A stretch of DNA of 44,200 nucleotides from an uncultured Acidimicrobiia bacterium (GTDB lineage Bacteria; Actinomycetota; Acidimicrobiia; Acidimicrobiales; AC-14), in contig CAWIIV010000018.1 of the NCBI GenBank assembly GCA_963836205.1, positions 1 to 44,200 of the forward strand, in the 5' to 3' direction. The notes beneath the pieces are model-generated. The model was not told the DNA's origin, ran no database searches, and was given only the letters and a program-made list of their open reading frames with translations. The position numbers and the translations under genes are program-made. Numbering within the stretch: the stretch's first letter is position 1; every line of letters starts with the position of its first letter. Positions 39,188 to 44,200 of the stretch are shown here, piece after piece.

Positions 39188-40276
39188 ATGGGGATGCGGT
39201 CGCGGCGGGTGCGGGCTGGTGTGGCGGGAGCGTGCGCCCTGGGTCTGGTGCTCGGCGCTTGCGGCGAGGACGGCGGTGACGGCGAGGCGACGGCCACGAC
39301 GACGGCGGGGGCTGCGACGACCGGTTTCACCGGCCCTACGACCTACCTGCTCACCATCGACAACTGCGAGTCGAAGGAGACCTTTACCCGGGCGCCGCGG
39401 ACGGTGCTCACCGAGGGGGCTCCGCAGAACACGGCCCTGTTGATCGAGCTCGGGCTGAAGGACCGGATCGTGAAGACGACGATCTACTCCACCCGCAGTG
39501 ACATCCCGGGCATGCCCGCCCAGCTCAAGACGCTGAACCGGGTCACGGTCGAGGGCAACGGCCTGCCCCGTGAGGAGATGATCGCCCTCGAGCCCGACCT
39601 GGTCGTGGCCGGGTTCGACTCCTACTTCCAGTCCACGGAGGGCTTCGCCACCCGGGACGAGCTCCACGCCGCCGGTATCAACGCCTATGCCCCCGCCTAT
39701 TTCTGCGCCGAGTTCAAGGAGAACCCGTCGGCCGCCGAGGTGGTGGCGCGCAAGAACGCGGGGATCGATGCGCACCTGCAGACGATCATCGAGCTGGGCC
39801 AGATCTTCGACGTGAACGACCGGGCCGCGGCCCTCGTGGCCGAGATCCGCCAGACCATCGCCGACACCCGGGCCAAGGTGGCCGGCCTCCCCCTCAAGCG
39901 GATGACAATCACCGATCCGTCGATCGCCGACGAGACGATGAGCGGGGGCGTGATCTACGTCTACGGCGGCAAGATCCTCGACGAGCTCCTGGCCGTCGCC
40001 GGTGGGACCAACGTCTGGGCCGACGGGGACGACTTCCAGTCGGTGTCGAAGGAGGACGCCACCGCCCGGCCCGCCGATGTCGTCGTCTACGGCGAGTACG
40101 ACGGGGCGCCGCCGCCGGAACAGGTACTGGCCTTCGTGAAGGCGACCTTCCCTTCGTGGCCGGCGGCGCAGACGGGTTCGGTCGTGCAGATCGACGACAC
40201 CGTCACCCTCCAGGTCACCCACCCGGGGCTGACCACGCTGATGGCCAAGGCCCTGCACCCGGAGGCGTTCTCGTAA
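39188..40276 (+). CDS. ABC substrate-binding lipoprotein (SBP5), tandem paralog of SBP4
   Basis: Lipobox LGA-C; LTIDNC; shared blocks LGLKDRIVKTT.STRSDIPGM and YAPAYFCA. Confidence 0.92.
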   Translation: MGMRSRRVRAGVAGACALGLVLGACGEDGGDGEATATTTAGAATTGFTGPTTYLLTIDNCESKETFTRAPRTVLTEGAPQNTALLIELGLKDRIVKTTIYSTRSDIPGMPAQLKTLNRVTVEGNGLPREEMIALEPDLVVAGFDSYFQSTEGFATRDELHAAGINAYAPAYFCAEFKENPSAAEVVARKNAGIDAHLQTIIELGQIFDVNDRAAALVAEIRQTIADTRAKVAGLPLKRMTITDPSIADETMSGGVIYVYGGKILDELLAVAGGTNVWADGDDFQSVSKEDATARPADVVVYGEYDGAPPPEQVLAFVKATFPSWPAAQTGSVVQIDDTVTLQVTHPGLTTLMAKALHPEAFS

Positions 40277-40302
40277 CCGGCACGGCCCTGCGCCCGAAGC
40301 CG

Positions 40303-41370
40303 GTGGACGACCTCTCTGGGTCCCCACCCAGTCCCCACCGGATCCACGGGATCTGGTACGTGGCGACCCTGTGCGGCCTGGGGGCGAGCGCGGTCCTGGC
40401 CGTCATGCTCGCCATCGGCATCGGGACGGTTCACTTCTCCCTGGGCACGGTCGCCGGGGTCGTCGTCGACCGCCTGCTCGGACGCCCGCCCCGGCCCGGG
40501 GTGGCCGACCAGATCGTGTGGCAGTTCCGCACCCCCCGGGCGTTGCTGGCGGCCCTGGCCGGGGCGGGTCTGGCCGTCAGCGGCACCATGCTCCAGGCGG
40601 TGGTGCGCAACCCGCTGGCCGATCCCTACGTGCTCGGGCTGAGCCAGGGAGCGGGGCTCGGGGCCACCGCCGTCATCGTCCTCGGGCCGGCGGCGCTGGG
40701 CGGGCTGGGAGTGAGCGCGGCGGCCTTCCTCGGCGCCATGGCCAGCCTGCTGGCGGTCGTGGTCCTCGGCCAGCGGGCGGGCGCCTTCGTGCCCACCCGG
40801 CTGGTGTTGGCGGGCGTGGCCGTGGGCTACCTCCTGTCCGCCGCCACCAGCTACCTGCAGTACCAGGCCGACCCCGAGCAACTGCGGTCGGTGGTGTTCT
40901 GGCTGCTGGGCAGCGTCGCCGGGGCCCACTGGCACGACCTGTGGCTGCCTGCCGTCTGCGTGGTGGTGGTCACCGTGTGGGCGATGGCCCAGGGGCGCAA
41001 GCTCAACGCCCTCCTGCTGGGCGAGGAAGCGGCCATCGCCGTCGGCGTGAACATCCACCGGCTCCGCCTGGAGATCCTCGTCGCCAGCGCCCTGCTCACG
41101 GGGGCGATCGTCGCCGTCGCCGGCGGCGTCGGCTTCGTCGGCCTGATCGTCCCCCACGTCGTGCGGATGTTCGTCGGCCCCGACCACCGCAAGGTCCTGC
41201 CGGTGGCGGCCCTGCTGGCGGCCACCTTCCTGGTGATCGTCGACCTGATGGCCCGCACCGTCGCCCCGCCCGGCGACCTCCCCCTGAGCGTGCTCACCGC
41301 CGCCGTGGGAGCACCGTTCTTCATCTGGCTGCTGCGCCGGCCGGAACGGCTGGCGAGGACGGCGACATGA
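40303..41370 (+). CDS. FecCD-family ABC permease (start uncertain)
   Basis: FRTPR, RNPLADPYVLGLSQGA, GGVGFVGLIVPH. Confidence 0.93.
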   Translation: MDDLSGSPPSPHRIHGIWYVATLCGLGASAVLAVMLAIGIGTVHFSLGTVAGVVVDRLLGRPPRPGVADQIVWQFRTPRALLAALAGAGLAVSGTMLQAVVRNPLADPYVLGLSQGAGLGATAVIVLGPAALGGLGVSAAAFLGAMASLLAVVVLGQRAGAFVPTRLVLAGVAVGYLLSAATSYLQYQADPEQLRSVVFWLLGSVAGAHWHDLWLPAVCVVVVTVWAMAQGRKLNALLLGEEAAIAVGVNIHRLRLEILVASALLTGAIVAVAGGVGFVGLIVPHVVRMFVGPDHRKVLPVAALLAATFLVIVDLMARTVAPPGDLPLSVLTAAVGAPFFIWLLRRPERLARTAT

Positions 41371-42197
41371 CGCTGCGGGTGCGGGGGGTCGAGGTCGAGC
41401 TGGGCGGGATCAAGGTCGTGGCCGGGATCGACCTCGACGTCGCCGCCGGGCAGTTGGCGGCCGTGGTCGGTCCCAACGGCAGCGGGAAGACGACCCTGCT
41501 GCGGTCGGTGTACCGGTCGCTGCGGCCCCTGGCCGGCTCCGTCCGCCTCTCCGGGCCGGAGGGCGACGTCGACGTGTGGGCCCTCCCCCACCGTGAGGTC
41601 GCCCGCCGGATGGCGGTGCTCAACCAGGAGCGGGCCGACGATTTCGAGCTGTCGGTGACCGAGGTGGTGCTCACCGGGCGGACCCCCCACAAGCACCTGC
41701 TCGAGCGCGACTCGTCGGCCGACCACCGCCTGGTGGCCCGGCTTCTCGACCAGGTGGGGGTGGGGTGGGCCCGAGGCCGGTTCTTCTCGTCGCTGTCGGG
41801 CGGTGAGAAGCAGCGGGTGCTGCTGGCCAAGGCGCTAGCCCAGCAGACAGGCCTGCTCCTGCTCGACGAACCCACCAACCACCTCGACGTGGCCGCCCAG
41901 TGCGCCCTCCTCGACCTGCTGCGCGCTCTGGTCGAGGACGAGGGGCTGACCGTCGTGGCCGTCCTCCACGACCTCAACCTGGCCGCCGCCTACGCCGACC
42001 ACATGGTCGTCCTCGACCACGGGCGGGTGGCGGCCGCCGGTCCGCCGGCGACGGTGCTCACCGAGGAGATGGTCATGGCCGTCTTCGGCGTCCGGGCTCA
42101 CTGCGGCATCCACCCCGAGACCGGGACCCTCCACGTCGCCGTTCACATGGGCCGGACCGCGCCCCGGCCCGTCGGCCTGCCCCGGGGAGGTCAGTGA
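41367..42197 (+). CDS. FecE/BtuD-type ABC ATPase
   Basis: ATGA overlap; GPNGSGKT, LSGGEKQR, LDEPTNHLD. Confidence 0.95.
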   Translation: MTLRVRGVEVELGGIKVVAGIDLDVAAGQLAAVVGPNGSGKTTLLRSVYRSLRPLAGSVRLSGPEGDVDVWALPHREVARRMAVLNQERADDFELSVTEVVLTGRTPHKHLLERDSSADHRLVARLLDQVGVGWARGRFFSSLSGGEKQRVLLAKALAQQTGLLLLDEPTNHLDVAAQCALLDLLRALVEDEGLTVVAVLHDLNLAAAYADHMVVLDHGRVAAAGPPATVLTEEMVMAVFGVRAHCGIHPETGTLHVAVHMGRTAPRPVGLPRGGQ

Positions 42198-43066
42198 TGG
42201 CGGTCGACTTCCACGCCGAGGAGATGCGGGCCACGTGGGACTACTGGTCCGAGGCCTACGATCGGGGCGAGGGGATCGGCTTCGCCACGCCGGGGATGGA
42301 GGCGGCCTGGCTGTCCGACATGGCCCGGCTGTTCGGCCACCCGGCGGCGGACCCGACCGCGGGACGGCTGCGCATCCTCGACCTGGCGTGCGGGACGGGC
42401 CAGCTCACCCTCACCCTGGCCCGGCTCGGCCACCACGTTCAGGCCCTCGACCTGTCCCTCGCGATGCTGCGGGCGGCGGAGGCCAAGGCGGGCGCCCTCG
42501 GCCTGCCGGTCAGCTTCCATCGGGGCGAGGCCCACGCCCTGCCGTTCGCCGACGGCTCGTTCGACGTCGTGGTCAGCAAGATGCTGCTGTGGACCCTTTA
42601 CGACCCGGAGTCGGCAGTCGTCGAGTGGCGCCGGGTGACCGCCCCCGGCGGTCGGGTCATGGGCATCGACGCCCTGTGGTTCGGTCGCCAGACGGTCGCC
42701 GAGCACGTGGCCTGGCCGGCCTACCGGTGCTGGGTCGCCCTGGCCCAGGCCCGGGACCGCCTGCGCCTTCGCCTGCGACGGGGCGCCTTTCCGGGCCCGC
42801 CTCCCCCGCCTCGCCCCTCGTCGGAGCAGCCGCCCGGCCGCCGCTGGACCAGCACCGATCCCATCGTCGGGATCTTCACCGCCTCAGGCGACGAGCGCCC
42901 GAGTCTCGACTGGCTGACCTCCGTCAACCAGCGCATCCGATTCGAGGAAGGCCCGGTTCGGCGCCAGGTCCGCCGGACCAAGCCGTTCTTCGTGGTGACT
43001 GCCGTGCGGCCCGGATCAGCCGAGCCAGGTGGCCGGGACGACGTCCGGTCTCGCCTCGTCGGCTGA
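42197..43066 (+). CDS. Class I SAM-dependent methyltransferase (MT3), translationally coupled to the ATPase
   Basis: TGATG overlap; ILDLACGTG, LPFADGSFDVVV, LLWTLYDP, RVTAPGGR. Confidence 0.9.
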   Translation: MAVDFHAEEMRATWDYWSEAYDRGEGIGFATPGMEAAWLSDMARLFGHPAADPTAGRLRILDLACGTGQLTLTLARLGHHVQALDLSLAMLRAAEAKAGALGLPVSFHRGEAHALPFADGSFDVVVSKMLLWTLYDPESAVVEWRRVTAPGGRVMGIDALWFGRQTVAEHVAWPAYRCWVALAQARDRLRLRLRRGAFPGPPPPPRPSSEQPPGRRWTSTDPIVGIFTASGDERPSLDWLTSVNQRIRFEEGPVRRQVRRTKPFFVVTAVRPGSAEPGGRDDVRSRLVG

Positions 43067-43885
43067 CACGTTCGACGCCGGCCCCGACGCCTGGGCGAGG
43101 AGCCAGCGGCACCACTCGTCAACGCCCTCGCCGGTACGGGCGCTGGCCCTGATCACACGGGCCGTGGGGTTCACGTGGTGGAGGTTGTCGAGGAACGCGG
43201 CCATGTCGAAGTCGAGGTGGGGAAGGAGGTCGACCTTGTTGACCACCACCACGTCGGCCGCCCGGAACATCACCGGGTACTTGAGCGGCTTCTCCTCCCC
43301 CTCGGTGACGGCGTAGACCATCGCCACCGCATGTTCGCCGACCTTGAACTCGGCCGGGCACACCAGGTTGCCGACGTTCTCGATCACGAGCAGCTCCACG
43401 TCGTCGAGGTGCAGGCGGCGCAGACCGGCCTGCACCATGACTGCGTCGAGATGGCACTCGCCGCCGAAGCCCTGGCTCGTGTTGACCAGGGCGATCTCGG
43501 CACCGTAGCCCTCGAGCTGGTCGGCGTCGATGCTGGTGGCGATGTCGCCCTCGAGGATGCCGAGCCGGAGTTTGCCTCCGATCGACTCGAGCGTCTTCCT
43601 GAGCAACGTCGTCTTGCCGGCGCCCGGCGACGACATCAGGTTGACCGCCCTGACCCCCGCCGCCGCCAGGGCGCGGCCGTTCTCACCGGCCACTCGGTCG
43701 TTCTCGGCCAGGATGTCTTCGAGCACCGCGACCCGTGAGCGGCCCGTGGCCACGTATTCGCTGTGGTCGCCCACATCGCGATGGCTGTGGTCGTGCCCTC
43801 CGCCATCGTGCCCGTGGTCGTGCCCGTGTTCGGCGGGACCGTGGTTGTGTGTCGTACCTTCGGAATGCGGGTGGAACCGGCCCAT
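43016..43885 (-). CDS. hypB: Nickel-insertion GTPase HypB with His-rich N-terminus
   Basis: SSPGAGKTT, EGDI, CHLDA, ENVGNLVCP, EGEEKPLKYP, NKVD, SARTGEG; GGAGG before ATG 43885. Confidence 0.93.
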   Translation of the reverse strand: MGRFHPHSEGTTHNHGPAEHGHDHGHDGGGHDHSHRDVGDHSEYVATGRSRVAVLEDILAENDRVAGENGRALAAAGVRAVNLMSSPGAGKTTLLRKTLESIGGKLRLGILEGDIATSIDADQLEGYGAEIALVNTSQGFGGECHLDAVMVQAGLRRLHLDDVELLVIENVGNLVCPAEFKVGEHAVAMVYAVTEGEEKPLKYPVMFRAADVVVVNKVDLLPHLDFDMAAFLDNLHHVNPTARVIRASARTGEGVDEWCRWLLAQASGPASNVSADEARPDVVPATWLG

Positions 43886-43940
43886 GGCTGACCTCCGGCG
43901 GAGACTGCCGACCCGACAGGGTCGACCTGGGGTGGACAAA

Positions 43941-43955
43941 TGCAACCTACTAGTA
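43941..43955. promoter_or_regulatory. Degenerate Nur-like box upstream of hypB
   Basis: TGCAA-CCTAC-TAGTA overlapping a minus-strand TAGGTT -10-like hexamer. Confidence 0.5.
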
Positions 43956-44200
43956 GCAGGAGTCGCCTCGCTTATAGGAGCGCCGACGTGGCGGTAAGCG
44001 CCGTGATCTTGTCCCGCCATCCCGGCAGGGTTGTTGACCGCCTGGGCCGGATGTTGCGGACCCTGGTTTTAGGCCGCAGCTAGGCCGCGGCAGCCCATGA
44101 AACAGCGTGATCCGCCGTGATCGGCCGGGACCGAAAACAGCAGGTCACGGGGCATATTCCCCCATCGTCGCAGGTCAGCGAAGTGGCCGGAGAAGATTAG

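Noticed and set aside
43995-44050. Guanidine-III riboswitch upstream of hypB (minus strand GGACAAGA..ACGGCGC)
   Set aside because: The 5' half (CCGGACGAGG and the complementary GCGCCG) is missing, so this is likely a chance match

Overview
High-GC actinobacterial-type DNA (Acidimicrobiia-like by gene style; inference). Bases 1-7940 hold ordinary envelope and ion-homeostasis genes: a lipoprotein, MscS, a LapA-domain protein, a metallophosphoesterase, an L,D-transpeptidase, an MFS protein and NhaA. From about 8.1 kb to the end is a roughly 36-kb metal-acquisition region. It contains four FecCD/BtuCD-type ABC operons with five intact Cys-pair lipoprotein binding proteins, three of the operons paired with a class I SAM methyltransferase. 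It also carries a YbtPQ/IrtAB-like importer pair, an ECF NikMNQO/CbiMNQO transporter, a His-rich orphan HypB, and two tandem Nur-like Fur regulators (one with the canonical Ni site, one with it altered). An embedded SigC/anti-sigma module has a matching promoter upstream of pepSY-dsbB-tlpA-lgt. A TGCRA-N5-TYGCA (Nur-box-like) palindrome recurs in most promoter regions, suggesting one nickel-responsive regulon. There are also several decayed transporter remnants, single-base frameshifts (possibly assembly errors), two probable CTG starts and a candidate structured nhaA leader. All calls were made by eye and no database searches were run.
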